A stretch of 63,849 nt of DNA, filler included, from Octopus bimaculoides (Eukaryota), in NCBI RefSeq assembly GCF_001194135.2. It is 4 parts of 4 records of this genome, joined end to end, with 100 filler letters (N's around TTAATTAATTAA, not from the genome) between each part and the next. Parts side by side here need not be neighbours in the genome. Positions count along the whole stretch, not along the records: positions 18,001 to 44,084 come from NC_068996.1; positions 44,185 to 62,632 come from NC_068989.1; 2 more parts are not named here. One strand, written 5' to 3'. The first letter of the stretch is position 1. The number at the start of each line of letters is the position of its first letter. A program made the position numbers and the translations under genes. A model generated the notes under the pieces. The model made no database searches, had not been told where the DNA came from, and worked only from the letters and a program-made list of their open reading frames with translations. Below, piece by piece: positions 37,908 to 50,844 of the stretch.

Positions 37908-38989
37908 ACGATTTCTTTTATTGGCCCAAGACATGAAGGACAATATTGAAGGATCAATTACAGTACACAAAACAAAACAAAAGATACAAGAACAAAACTG
38001 AAAACAAAAACAGGTGGAGTTTACATCAGTCAAAGGGAGATATTACCACATTGAGGGATATAACAAAGGATATGTAATAGAAATTAAATAAATAAATAAT
38101 AAGTAAATAAATAATTAGAATGCCCAAAAGTAGGACAGTCCTCTTCAGGCAATCCAGGATAAACCTTACACAAAAATCCTGGATTACTTTGCCATCCCAA
38201 AGGCATCGGAAAGTGCCCTCTTCCAGTTCCTTTCCTCCTGCTTAGAAAACCATTCTCAGAGTCAATCCATTCAGTCTCACCAGTCTTGGTACCGTTGATC
38301 ACCTAATAATAACAGCAATAATCTTTCTTCTATTTTTGACTGAAGTATAGGCAGAAATCACTATTTCTGTTGTATTGCCTATAACCAATCTGAATTAATG
38401 AAACAAAAGTGAGCTAAGAGAGATAACTCAAAATGGCCAGTAGCCTGTATTTGAATAACATATACAAATGTAAGTATATCAAATACTGTACAAGATAAAT
38501 TCTTGATTTATTAAAATTATGTCTCTTTCTTGGAGATGTATCATAATTATCAAATGGTAATTAAGACCAGTGCCACTTTGAGAAGGGGATGGGGAATAAT
38601 TTCAAGAATCAAGAATTTTCCAAAGTTGACATGCCATGCATATTACTTGAGCCAAAAATGTGTTCAGCTCTTTTTTGTATAAGTCTAAGTCCTTTGATTA
38701 CTGAAAGTAAGGTCAGGTAGTTGCCATACTGATGATCACTATTGAGGCAAAAACATGCCCTCATGACTGTTCTCTCATCTCTCGTATACAGACAGTAAGC
38801 CCATCCTTTTCCTTAACAGTATATCAGTTTTGGAGAACTCCTGAGTGTTGAGATGATCTCTCCTTCTCATGGTTTCAACTACCATTGGTAATTGTTACAC
38901 ATCCTCTGGAGGCAGAAATGATTTTAATAAACCAATTATTTATGTTGTATGGTATTTGATATATCTATATTTATAGCTATTTGTCTCAA

Positions 38990-39115
38990 AACAGACAAAT
39001 GGAATCTGGGTGGCTCTCCAGTTGGCCTGCACCTGCTGAACTGTCCAACCCATGCTAGCATAGAGAAGGAATGTTAAATGATAATAATGATGATGATTGT
39101 TATGATGATGATGAT
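38990..39115 (+). mobile_element. RTE 3-prime tail fragment
   Basis: gtccaacccatgctagcat...gttaaatgataataatgatg. Confidence 0.7.
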
Positions 39116-40112
39116 GTATTTGTCTAAATTTAATTATTCTGTTGCAGTCTCTGACCATGTCAATTACAGCAGCTACCCATTTTCTATTACGTCTACTCTG
39201 TCTTCTCCCTAGCTGATACCCATTCAAAGTAATTTCAACTTGTGTTGTCCACCTTGTCACTTGACCTTATTTAATGTAACATACTGAAATAATAACCCTT
39301 AGCATTTTTAAATAGGGACTACATGAGCCAGAGATGTAGAGCTTAAGAAGTGATAACCAAATCTCTTGTTATAGAGACTGAGTTATTTTTAAAATAGAGA
39401 TCATATGAGACAGTGGTAGAACCCCCAAATGCAATCAATGTAATAGTCTAATCTTTTAACAAACTCTTGTTTTTAAAATAGGAAATGCATGTTTTGTGTC
39501 CTATGCTATTAACAAAACATGAACGACAATAAGAATAAAATATTGCCTTGATTGCAAGAAAGTGATTAAATGATTCTTTGATAATTGCAGGCAGGTACCT
39601 ACCATTAGTCTGCTCACATTCACTAGATCAACTCAATAACAAGAACAACAACATCAAACATTATATGTATGCACAAGTAATTGAGTGTTTAATTGTGTGA
39701 GTGTGTATGTGCACATTCATTCGTTAAAGTAAGTGCCAGTACATAGTTCTACAGACTAAATTATTTAGTCACATATACAATGCCACTGCAGAAAAGTAGT
39801 TCACAACACAAAGAATCCAGTAGGCATGTCTACTCATGACTAAATTATTTAATTAATTTTTTTTTTTTTTAATTGTAAAAGTACTGTCCTAAGAATTTAA
39901 GATTTAAGCATGTGTTCCTTTTCCATGTTAAAGACAGTAGAAGATCTAATTGTTAAATTTGGCAGATTAAATAGCCATGCAGAAGCCTCTTTCCAGACTT
40001 ATTTTGATTTTTATTTTAAAGACAGAAGAGACATTGTTGAGGAATATTTGACAAACATAATGAGTTGGTCAGATAACTGTATAACAGCTTACTGATTCAT
40101 ATGGTCCCTATT

Positions 40113-40336
40113 TTGATCCTTTAGCATTCACTCCAGCATTATCCGATTCAAATATTCTACCTGTCTTTTATGTTAAAATTGACCAGATCCAATCTGTCAC
40201 ACCTACCCTACAATGTCATTCAAAAAATGTATTCCATTGAAATCTTGAAGCTACAAAATAATACAAGATCAATTCAAAACAATGTGAATAGATTAACAAT
40301 ACATTTGACAAAGAAATCTGAATGCTAAAGGGTTAA
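40113..40336. mobile_element. piggyBac-like MITE (TTAA target)
   Basis: ttgatcctttagcattca pairs with tgaatgctaaagggttaa (16 of 18); it sits in the ccctattttaa site of the adjacent repeat. Confidence 0.7.
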
Positions 40337-40339
40337 AGC

Positions 40340-40650
40340 AACTATGGAGCTTGTTGAGAGGGATGTGACTGTGATATTAGGAAAAACATGCACTATTTTA
40401 AAATAGGGTTTGCTTGAGGAAGCTTCTGTATAACTAAATTAAGGGAATCTTCATCAATGACTCATATGATTCCTATTTTAAAGATAGTAGGGAATTTGTT
40501 GAGAGAGATCTGGCTGTTATATTATAAAAGCATAACTATTTTAAAATAGGGACTGCATGATCATGTGGGGAAGGTTCTACATAGACTACTTAAGGGAGAC
40601 TTCATCAATGGCTCATGTGATCCCTATTTTAAAGTAGGGAGTTTGTTGGT
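40340..40650. repeat. About two tandem ~150-bp units, each with an internal inverted repeat
   Basis: actattttaaaataggg and cttcatcaatg(a/g)ctcat...cctattttaaag each occur twice. Confidence 0.8.
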
Positions 40651-40740
40651 GGGGAAAAGACCTAAAGAATAGAATGGACACTCTTTTTCTTATTCACAAA
40701 ATCATTTGTTGACTGATTAAACAGTTTCAAGTTTGAATAT

Positions 40741-40786
40741 GCTTTGCTGATGAGGTCTAATAAGACTGAAAATATATGTTCATAAA
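40741..40786 (+). ncRNA. Degenerate hammerhead-like motif
   Basis: UUUG-CUGAUGA-GGUC(UAAUAA)GACU-GAAA-AUAUAUGU-U; stems I and III are imperfect. Confidence 0.4.
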
Positions 40787-40889
40787 TGTCACCTTGACAG
40801 TAAACACAGATCAGTTTTTCTCTTAACCCTTTTGGTACCAACTAACTAATCAGAGACCACACCAAGTTCTATGATGCAATCTTCCTGTT

Positions 40890-41165
40890 TTAAAGTGATC
40901 TAAAATAAAACCCATCAAAATTTCATGTAAATTTATGTTCCAAACACTTACTAAATAGTGACTGTTATTTTACTAAATTCTTCATTATTTTAAAAATTAA
41001 TTGAAATAAAGGCAGTGTGGTCACAAAAGGGTGAAAGTGATCTGAATTTAAATCTTCCATCAAAGTTTCATGTTAATTTATGTTCCAAACACCAGTTTAA
41101 TAATGACGAAGTTATTTTACTGTATTCTTCATTATTTTCAAAATTCATTCAAACAAAGACAATAT
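40890..41165. repeat. Diverged ~145-bp direct duplication
   Basis: aaagtgatct...ccatcaaa.tttcatgt.aatttatgttccaaacac occurs twice. Confidence 0.8.
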
Positions 41166-41452
41166 CTTTCAACAGATTTCATCAGAAATATATCAACATT
41201 CTTAAGTTTTGAAATTATCTCCCCTTTTCCTCAAACAGTCACAAACATTTACCACTAGATTTTCGTTTTCTTTCACCAACTAAATGGAAAATCTCAGTTA
41301 GTTGCAGTACATCATTCCCTAAACATTATTATATAAAAGCTCCTTTCATGGGTAAACCCTAGTTTAAAAAAATAGAAAGGATTTTGTTGAAGTAGTTTGT
41401 TTGCCACTTTGAAGTCCTTTTGATGATTTATATAATATCTAATATTGCATGT

Positions 41453-41690
41453 ATCATCATCATCATCATCATGTACATCCATTTTCCATGCTGACATACA
41501 TTGGATGGTTTGACAAGGGCTGGTAAGCCAGAGGATTGTGCCAAGCTCTATTGTCTGTTTTGACATGTTGTCTATGGATGGATTTCCTTCCTAACACCAA
41601 CCACTTTGCAGAATGTACTGGGTACTTTTTATGTGACACCAGCACCAGCAGGGTCCCAAGTAACTTGCAAGACAAAGACCCCCTTTGACT
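41453..41690 (-). mobile_element. Degenerate RTE-tail element
   Basis: (cat)n...ttccatgctg...ttcctaacaccaaccactttgcag...gggtactttt. Confidence 0.7.
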
Positions 41691-42145
41691 GGAAGGGGAA
41701 ATAATATTGACTGAAGTGGCTTTGTACTAGTTGATGAGAAGTATAATAGAGGGATAGAGATAGGTGTCTTGCTGAAGAAGAGATACAGGGAAAGAAAGGA
41801 GAGAAAGAAAGACTTAGAGAGAAAGATGAAGAGGGAGAAAGTGGGAGAGATGGTGGTGGACATACTCTCAAGGTACAGTGGGGGTGGGGAATATAGGTGA
41901 AGTGATACAGAGGATTGGACTGGGTGAGTGAGCAGGAGTAGGGATAGAGGGAGAAGTTTCATAAAAATATGAGAGATGGTTAGAGTCGGGATAGAGGTGA
42001 CTGTAGCAAGTGATGGTGAGAGATATAGGTGTGGCTCAGTGTGTGTGTGTGTGGGTGGAGGGTATGTTAGATATGTGCAGGCATTGGGAGTGGTTGGAGA
42101 TAAAGGAAGTGTTAAGGCTGGAATATAGCAGAGGGAGATAGAGCA

Positions 42146-42382
42146 AAGGCGGTGAGCTGGCAGAAACGTTAGCACGCCGGGCGAAATGCTTCGCAGTATT
42201 TCATCTGCCGTTACGTTCCGAGTTCAAATTCCGCCGAGGTTGACTTAGCCTTTCATCCTTTCGGGGTCGATAAATTAAGTACCAGTTACGCACTGGGATC
42301 GATGTAATCGACTTAATCCCTATGTATGTCCTTGTATGTCCCTTCTATGTTTAGCCCCTTGTGGGCAATAAAGAAATAAGAA
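42146..42382 (+). mobile_element. Young full-length SINE family B with a 12-bp TSD
   Basis: TSD ggagatagagca at 42134-42145 and 42383-42394; CpGs retained. Confidence 0.95.
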
Positions 42383-42865
42383 GGAGATAGAGCATAGCTG
42401 AAGGGCACAGAAAGGCGGTGAGTAGTGGAAACAGTGGGCAGTGGGAAGATAATGAGAAATGGAAGTGGTTTTGGGGTGGGGGGAAGAGTTAAGGGAGGTA
42501 ATGCACCTATTCTGCTCTCAGGGGATTAGGATAACTGAATAACACCATAGACAGAGAAATGCTTGACAAAGCAAAGAGAATGAAAGGGGTGGGGAACAGA
42601 ACCCAAGTACATACAAGCATTTACGGCCCACGACTCACAATATAATAGGAGAGGGAGAGAGAGAGAGAAAGAGAGAGAGAATGGTAAAGGGGCATTTATT
42701 AGCCTTAAAATTAGTGCTGTCTACTCTAAAACAATCACAATTATATAAGTAACACAATGTATATTCACAACATACCTGCATATACATCTGTCTGTCTGCC
42801 TGCCTGCCTACCTGCCTGCCTACCTGCCTGTCCGTCCGTCCGTCCGTCCGTCCGTCCGTCCGTCC

Positions 42866-42931
<66 letters not shown>

Positions 42932-43327
42932 ATATATATATATATATNNNNNNNNNNNNNNNNNNNNNNNNNNNNNNNNNNNNNNNNNNNNNNNNNNNNN
43001 NNNNNNNNNNNNNNNNNNNNNNNNNNNNNNNNNNNNNNNNNNNNNNNNNNNNNNNNNNNNNNNNNNNNNNNNNNNNNNNNNNNNNNNNNNNNNNNNNNNN
43101 NNNNNNNNNNNNNNNNNNNNNNNNNNNNNNNNNATATATACACATGTATATATATATTTATATATATATACATATATATACATATATTATTTAAATAATA
43201 AGGGTGAAAAATTGAATATTAATTTGATTAATATCAATTTATAACCAGTGGCCTAGCATATTGGAAAATCTGAAGATTCAGAAAAATTATATTACATACA
43301 TATAAGATTATATTACATACATATATT

Positions 43328-43790
43328 ATGACCACTAAATGGACATCCATTATGCTAGAAGAAGACCACCTATGGTCTGACCACTAAGAAAAGATTGTTC
43401 TCAAGAAAATTCAGCAAACGCCAGAACGTAAGCGAGCAATGCAAATGAAAAGATACAAAATGTAAAGATTAATCGCAAACCCGGTTTTGTTGTTGCCACT
43501 TACGTAATTACTTACGTAAATGTCTGCAACTCATCAGTGTGATCGTCATAGCAATATAATTTGCAGAACTATACATGAGACGTCCACATGAGATTGAGCA
43601 TGTATATAGTTCTACCAATTACAGACATCTCATGTATACTTCTGCAAATTAATCTTTATATTTTGTATCTTTTCATTTGTCTTGCTCACTTACGTTCTGG
43701 CTTTTGCTGAATTTTCTTGAGAACAATCTTTTCTTAGTGGTCAGACCATAGGTGGTCTTCTAGCACAATGGATGTCCACTTAGAGGTCAT
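43328..43790. mobile_element. Foldback element with ~145-bp inverted arms and an inner inverted repeat
   Basis: 43328-43473 pairs with 43648-43790; 43559-43584 pairs with 43624-43649. Confidence 0.92.
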
Positions 43791-43811
43791 CCCTCTTATA
43801 TGTATATATAT

Positions 43812-44084
43812 ATGCCGTTGCCAGTACCGCCTGACTGGCTCCCGTAGGATTTTCGAGTGAGATCGTTGCCAGTGCCCCTGGACTGGCTTGTGCGGGTGGC
43901 ACATAAAAGACACCATTTCGAGCATGGCTGTTTTCGTGCGGGTGACACGAAAAAGCACCCACTACACTCTCTGAGTGGTTGGCGTTAGGAAGGGCATCCA
44001 GCTGTAGAAACTCTGCCAAATTAGATTGGAGCCTGGTGTTGCCATCCGGTTTCACCAGTCCTCAGTCAAATCGTCCAACCCATG
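43812..44084 (+). mobile_element. RTE 3-prime UTR fragment
   Basis: Collinear with 19895-20075. Confidence 0.88.
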
Positions 44085-44184
44085 NNNNNNNNNNNNNNNN
44101 NNNNNNNNNNNNNNNNNNNNNNNNNNNNTTAATTAATTAANNNNNNNNNNNNNNNNNNNNNNNNNNNNNNNNNNNNNNNNNNNN
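44085..44184. other. Artificial scaffold-join linker
   Basis: N run, TTAATTAATTAA at 44129-44140, N run. Confidence 0.95.
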
Positions 44185-44246
44185 TATATATATATATATA
44201 TATATATATATGTAATATATGTTGATATATATAGTATATACATATA

Positions 44247-44279
<33 letters not shown>

Positions 44280-45639
44280 ATTAGTAGGAGGCTGATGATT
44301 CACACCACCGGTGTGTATATGTGTATGAATGCATGCATGTATATATACGTGTTTGTCATGTATATACGAGTATATTTGTACGTTCGTATGAACTTGTGTT
44401 GTATTGGAATCCGTCTGTACGTAGAATGAATATACGTTTCCATGTCTACATCAATAAACAAGCACACACACACACACACATATAGACAGAAACCATCTCC
44501 ACACACACACACACATGCATATACACATACATATACACCCATCCGTTTCTCAAGTAAGCCACTACAAACTGAGACAGTCGTCCTGCAGACACAGAGGTAA
44601 GCTGTACCCTTGGAGTTTTTGTGTCTGACAAGTAACCACCATCTCCCACCACCACCACCACCACCACCACCACCAACCACCTCCATCTTCACTTCCACCG
44701 CCGCCGCCGCCGACGCCGACGCCNNNNNNNNNNNNNNNNNNNNNNNNNNNNNNNNNNNNNNNNNNNNNNNNNNNNNNNNNNNNNNNNNNNNNNNNNNNNN
44801 NNNNNNNNNNNNNNNNNNNNNNNNNNNNNNNNNNNNNNNNNNNNNNNNNNNNNNNNNNNNNNNNNNNNNNNNNNNNNNNNNNNNNNNNNNNNNNNNNNNN
44901 NNNNNNNNNNNNNNNNNNNNNNNNNNNNNNNNNNNNNNNNNNNNNNNNNNNNNNNNNNNNNNNNNNNNNNNNNNNNNNNNNNNNNNNNNNNNNNNNNNNN
45001 NNNNNNNNNNNNNNNNNNNNNNNNNNNNNNNNNNNNNNNNNNNNNNNNNNNNNNNNNNNNNNNNNNNNNNNNNNNNNNNNNNNNNNNNNNNNNNNNNNNN
45101 NNNNNNNNNNNNNNNNNNNNNNNNNNNNNNNNNNNNNNNNNNNNNNNNNNNNNNNNNNNNNNNNNNNNNNNNNNNNNNNNNNNNNNNNNNNNNNNNNNNN
45201 NNNNNNNNNNNNNNNNNNNNNNNNNNNNNNNNNNNNNNNNNNNNNNNNNNNNNNNNNNNNNNNNNNNNNNNNNNNNNNNNNNNNNNNNNNNNNNNNNNNN
45301 NNNNNNNNNNNNNNNNNNNNNNNNNNNNNNNNNNNNNNNNNNNNNNNNNNNNNNNNNNNNNNNNNNNNNNNNNNNNNNNNNNNNNNNNNNNNNNNNNNNN
45401 NNNNNNNNNNNNNNNNNNNNNNNNNNNNNNNNNNNNNNNNNNNNNNNNNNNNNNNNNNNNNNNNNNNNNNNNNNNNNNNNNNNNNNNNNNNNNNNNNNNN
45501 NNNNNNNNNNNNNNNNNNNNNNNNNNNNNNNNNNNNNNNNNNNNNNNNNNNNNNNNNNNNNNNNNNNNNNNNNNNNNNNNNNNNNNNNNNNNNNNNNNNN
45601 NNNNNNNNNNNNNNNNNNNNACACACACACATACATACG

Positions 45640-45772
45640 CACACATACTCTCTCTTTCTCTTGCTCACTCTCTCCCACTCTCTCTCTCTTCCCCTCTCTC
45701 ACTCTCTATCTCTCTCTTTCTCCTCAACTCTTGCTCTTCCTGTGATATCCAGACACTGTCTCCTTATGCCCC

Positions 45773-45803
<31 letters not shown>

Positions 45804-45819
45804 NNNNNNNNNNATATAT

Positions 45820-45856
<37 letters not shown>

Positions 45857-46077
45857 CACACATGCATTTTTGTATACTTACATATACGCTTTGTGTGTCT
45901 CTCATCCACTCTATCTCCAGGATATACGCACACGCATACATCCATACATACATACATACATACGCTCACATTTCCTTTGCACACTTGTCTCTCTGTCTAA
46001 CTATCACTCTCTATCTCTCTCTTTCTCCTCAACTCTTGCTCTTCCTGTGATATCCAGACACTGTCTCCTTATGCCCC

Positions 46078-46150
<73 letters not shown>

Positions 46151-46295
46151 TCTCCCTGTTTTCCTTTGTCTCTCTCTCTATATATATATCTCTCTCTATC
46201 TCTCTCTCTGTCTCTCTCTCTCTTTCTCTCTGTCTCTCTCCCTCCCTCTCTCTCTCTCTCTCTCACTCTTCACCCTGTTTTCCTTTGTCTCTCTC

Positions 46296-46342
<47 letters not shown>

Positions 46343-46343
46343 G

Positions 46344-46375
<32 letters not shown>

Positions 46376-46790
46376 CTGCTCTATCCGTCTCCCACCATCT
46401 CTCACTCTCACTCTCTCTCTTCTCTCTCCCTCTCTCTCTTCTCTCTCCCTCTCTCTCACACACACACACTTCTCTTCTCTCTTTTCCTTGTTCTCTCTCT
46501 CTCCATCATTTCCTCCATCCCTCCCTCACCCTCCCTCACCCTCTCCTACTTCTCCCTTCCTCTTGACTCACACACACACTTTTACCTCTTCCAATCACCC
46601 TCTCTTTCCCCCCACTCTTTCTCCTCAAGTTGCTGTCTCTCTCTGTCTCTTGCAAATCCTCTTCCCTCTCTGTCTCTCTTTCTGGTTCTCTGTCTTCCCT
46701 TCTCTCTTCCTTTCTCTCTGTATAATGTATACAATTCTCACTTCTCTCTCTCTCTTCCTCCCTTCCTCTCTCTCTCTCTCTCTTAGTATA
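45640..46790. repeat. CT-rich polypyrimidine low-complexity block with internal duplications
   Basis: (CT)n variants; a ~90-bp segment is repeated at about 45710 and 46015. Confidence 0.9.
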
Positions 46791-46996
46791 CGTAAAAGTA
46801 TATCGTCACACATAATTTTTCTATATGATCAATCTATCCAGCTGTCTACCTGTCTGTCGCTCTGTCTGTCACGCTGTCAATTTGTCCGTCTTTCGAGCTA
46901 AAATATCTTTGAATTTATCGATCAATTTATTATTTATCTATCCACTTCTCTATCTCGCTAGCTGTATAGTCTCTCTCTGCTTCTGTGTGTGTACGT

Positions 46997-47069
<73 letters not shown>

Positions 47070-47181
47070 CATATATAAATACATATATACATACATACAT
47101 ACGTACGTATGTATGTACGTACGCACGTACATACATACATTCATACGTACATACATACATACATGCATGCATGAATGCATG

Positions 47182-47213
<32 letters not shown>

Positions 47214-47309
47214 CATGCATGCATGCATGTATATACATACATACATACATACATACATACATACATACATACATACATGCATGCATGCATACATACATAC
47301 ATACATATG

Positions 47310-48690
47310 TACCAGGTTTCAGTTCCGCTTTTGGAGATTTGATTGCCTCTCTGAACGGTATCTTGTTTCTGGTCACGCCAAGTGGACATTCATCAGAACT
47401 GTTTCGAATGAGATACTGGCTTCGTGAATGGTGTCTTTTCTCTTCGCCTCTGTACGTTTCAGTTCTTGAGTCATTATTATGCAAACAAGAGCAAGCCTAA
47501 AGCCTTTTGTCTGAATGAAGGAATGCAAAGAAAGGCCATGTTGAAGTACGTGAAGTACGTGAAGTACGTCACCGCCTTGGTAACGACGATCTGGTGATAT
47601 TAGTGAACGCGCTTTGGTCGATTGAAACGACGGAGAAATAGGAAGGAATAACAGGAATACAACTTAACCGGTTGGTTTACAATTCTGCACCGCCAGAGAT
47701 AAGTCTGTATTGGAGAGTGTTGACGATTACTACATCATCTGTCCTGTTACGATGCTTAGGATTGGGTCCTGGTTAGACCTCCCGATGGTTACAAACTGAG
47801 ATGATATAACGTACACGGTAACCTGTCAAAGCTATAAATTTGCTGAGAGGAAACTGTCCCTGAAATTTATGGTCTCTCTCATATATTACTGCCTGATTGT
47901 TGAGCCTTCCTCGACTTTTTATCGTTTGTGATTGACGAGTCTGATTGATGAGTCTGATTGATGAGTCTGATTGGTAAGTCTGATTGATGAGTTCTCCACT
48001 GTTTCAAAGTTTCCATATTTCGCCAATACCTTTTCAATGGATGCTCCGACGTGCCGTAGCTGATGATGCTTATACATGCACTGAGGCATCGACATTCACA
48101 AAAGTTCGTGGATGATAAGCTGTCAGTGACCCCCGTTTGTCCGACAGGTCTTCTCATCACGCCCCCTTTTCACAGAACTATAGTTATGAATCAACTGGAA
48201 AGCAAGATTGAGCATTTGTTGTCTAGAATGTCATCAGGAGCTCATAGTCAGGAAATACGGTCAATTTTGCGTCAGTGTCGTATTCAATAGAGATTCAGTG
48301 TTTGGCAAAAGCTACGAGGTTTTCGGCAAGTCTGTAAGCGTCAACGAAAATCAGCTGAACAATTATTATATCAGAAGAATCAAGTTCGGTGACAATAAAT
48401 AATTTCCAAAATAGCCCAGCCGAGCAATTTTACTGGAAGATATTCAAATTCATACTCAACGTGAGCTCATGTCTTCGCATCATCAGCCACGACATACTGA
48501 GATATCCCAACAAAGGACCTGTCCGAGCTGTACACAAAGCGATAAAGCCGTTCTGTATGCATTTTTTCAGTGCCCAATCATTGCTGGTTTGTGGAATATT
48601 GTCGAACAAACAAAAGTGGCCTCATGTATTATGGATTCGGTCGTCAGCTAAGTCTATCGTGGTGATTGCCCTTCTGCCTTCATATGGCGC
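47310..48690 (+). mobile_element. Highly decayed Tx1/L1-like LINE ORF2
   Basis: SGHSSELFRMRYWLREWCLFSSPLYVSVLESLL (RT QGCPLSP region); KFAERKLSLK; TCPSCTQSDKAVLYAFFQCPIIAGLW (C-terminal zinc finger). Confidence 0.6.
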
Positions 48691-48899
48691 ATAAAAGAAA
48701 TTATTATTATTATTATCGCATGTCTACGACTAAGAATATCCTATTATTCTTTTATATGTTTCAGCCCGGACGCTGTGGCCATGCTGGGGCGTCGATATCT
48801 TTTGATCAAAAGCGGGTCATAACTACTGACCATGTGTCCTGTCAACGATTTAATTCCAGTTACATGGACATAACTCTTCTCAAAATCCTGGTTGTTCAT

Positions 48900-49055
<156 letters not shown>

Positions 49056-49467
49056 NNNNNNNNNNNNNNNNNNNNNNNNNNNNNNNNNNNNNNNNNNNNN
49101 NNNNNNNNNNNNNNNNNNNNNNNNNNNNNNNNNNNNNNNNNNNNNNNNNNNNNNNNNNNNNNNNNNNNNNNNNNNNNNNNNNNNNNNNNNNNNNNNNNNN
49201 NNNNNNNNNNNNNNNNNNNNNNNNNNNNNNNNNNNNNNNNNNNNNNNNNNNNNNNNNNNNNNNNNNNNNNNNNNNNNNNNNNNNNNNNNNNNNNNNNNNN
49301 NNNNNNNNNNNNNNNNNNAAATTAAGTACCAGTGAAACACTGGGGTCGATATAATCGTCTAGTCCCCTCCCTGGAAATTTAAGGCTTTGTGCCTATAGTA
49401 GAAAAGATTATTATTATTTTTTTTTTTTAATATTATTATTATAATTATTATCATTATTATTATTATT

Positions 49468-49840
49468 GCCTTTGCACAGCTTCTAACGCTGGAGATGTAC
49501 TACAGTGTCAGCTGTTCACTTCCAGTGAACTAAGGTAACACCTCTTATTTTTCGAGCACCTTCCGGAGTATTCGAGCAGTTCCAAGCAGTGCTTCACCCT
49601 TATGGCAGCCCGTATTTGTTCCATGTTCATCTTAACATTTTTACTCACTTTCTCCGACAATTACTGGTACTACTACCACCTTTTTCGGCGACCACAACTG
49701 CTTAACCTCCCAAGCTAACCTGTTATATCTACCAACTTTTCTTTCTTCCTTATCGCATACCTTGTTGTCAGCTGGGCATGCTATATCTATGATCCAGCAT
49801 AGTTTGCTTTCTTTCTCAATTAACACTATGTCTGGTTTCC
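49468..49840 (-). mobile_element. R4/Dong-like LINE RLE fragment
   Basis: KPDIVLIEKESKLCWIIDIACPADNKVCDKEERKVGRY...VVVPVIVG...ALLGTARILRKVLEK*; TAA flanks. Confidence 0.87.
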
Positions 49841-49875
49841 TATTCTATATCTCATTATTATTATTATTATTATTA

Positions 49876-50045
49876 TGTTTTTTTCTTCTTTCTTCAAATT
49901 TTCTTCCATTTCTCGCCGAGTGTTTTCCGTACACCTAGGGCAGAGAAGCTCATTGTATGCATTCCCAGTTTACACATGCAAATTCACAGGTAAAATATGT
50001 ATGAAAAAAAAAATAATGAATAAATAAATTCATGAATGGATGTTG

Positions 50046-50048
<3 letters not shown>
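49876..50048 (-). mobile_element. 3-prime UTR half of a split R4/Dong-like copy
   Basis: Reverse complement of 32506-32680. Confidence 0.88.
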
Positions 50049-50120
<72 letters not shown>

Positions 50121-50122
<2 letters not shown>

Positions 50123-50300
50123 ACAATAAACAAGAGTGCGACTGTTATCAAATGACTGTTATCGACTGTTATCAAAAGTAGATTGACAAGTTAATTTTTT
50201 GAACGTGTGGAATACAAACGAGATGTCGAAATATTGTTCATTTGATGACAGTCGCACTCTTTATTGTTTCTTTACTTTCTGGAGGAGTAACATCAATCCT
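50121..50300. mobile_element. Partial MITE with inverted repeats
   Basis: 50121-50154 pairs with 50238-50269; related ends occur at about 31508-31560 and 32870-32935. Confidence 0.7.
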
Positions 50301-50318
50301 ATCATTATTATTATTATT

Positions 50319-50844
50319 GAGTGAGAGAGCAGTGCATGCCATCAAAGTAACATTGGGGTAAAATATACGAAGCCCAGTATACCCATCATGACTACCTGTC
50401 TGATAAGGGTACACCAGGCACATGCATCACAACCATATATGCGCGACATGGTGATCTCATATCAAGATAAACAGCGCGTGACCTCACAGATGGGGCCCAG
50501 TTAGAATTTTCTTCAGGTAGAGTAGCCCATCCCGCTCAAAAGGTCCCTGAATAAGATTTGTTTAAGGATGTTTCCAAAGGTGAATTATTCAAACCCCAAA
50601 GAATCCCTCTCAACACATGGCTATGATGCTCTCCCACTACTTCTGCTCATGATCAGAGATGCACATATCGTCAGCCACCAAGAGACATGCTCAACTGGTT
50701 AAGGTCAAACAACTGACAAGCAAATCTGTGGTATTAAGCAGAATATTTGCTGTAGCCCATCTTTTATACCAAGACAAAACAATGTACATGATAACACTTC
50801 CAATCAGTTAAGATCAGAAGCCATGAGAGCCACTGCCTGGTACT
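50319..50844 (-). mobile_element. ~560-bp TAA-associated non-coding element (copy 2)
   Basis: Collinear with 1058-1564; ATT runs at both ends. Confidence 0.88.

Noticed and set aside
38150-38300. Possible L1/Tx1 remnant (ELEEGTFRCLWDGK)
   Set aside because: A single short motif with no supporting flanks.
39910-40095. 61-codon ORF with a plausible acceptor site
   Set aside because: No recognisable domain or good donor, and part of it resembles the adjacent ~150-bp repeat unit.
45700-46090. ~90-bp exact duplication around a 10-N gap
   Set aside because: May be a contig-overlap artefact in low-complexity DNA.
44610-46901. 763-codon ORF and other long X-rich or low-complexity ORFs in the track
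   Set aside because: Read-through of N gaps and microsatellites, not genes.
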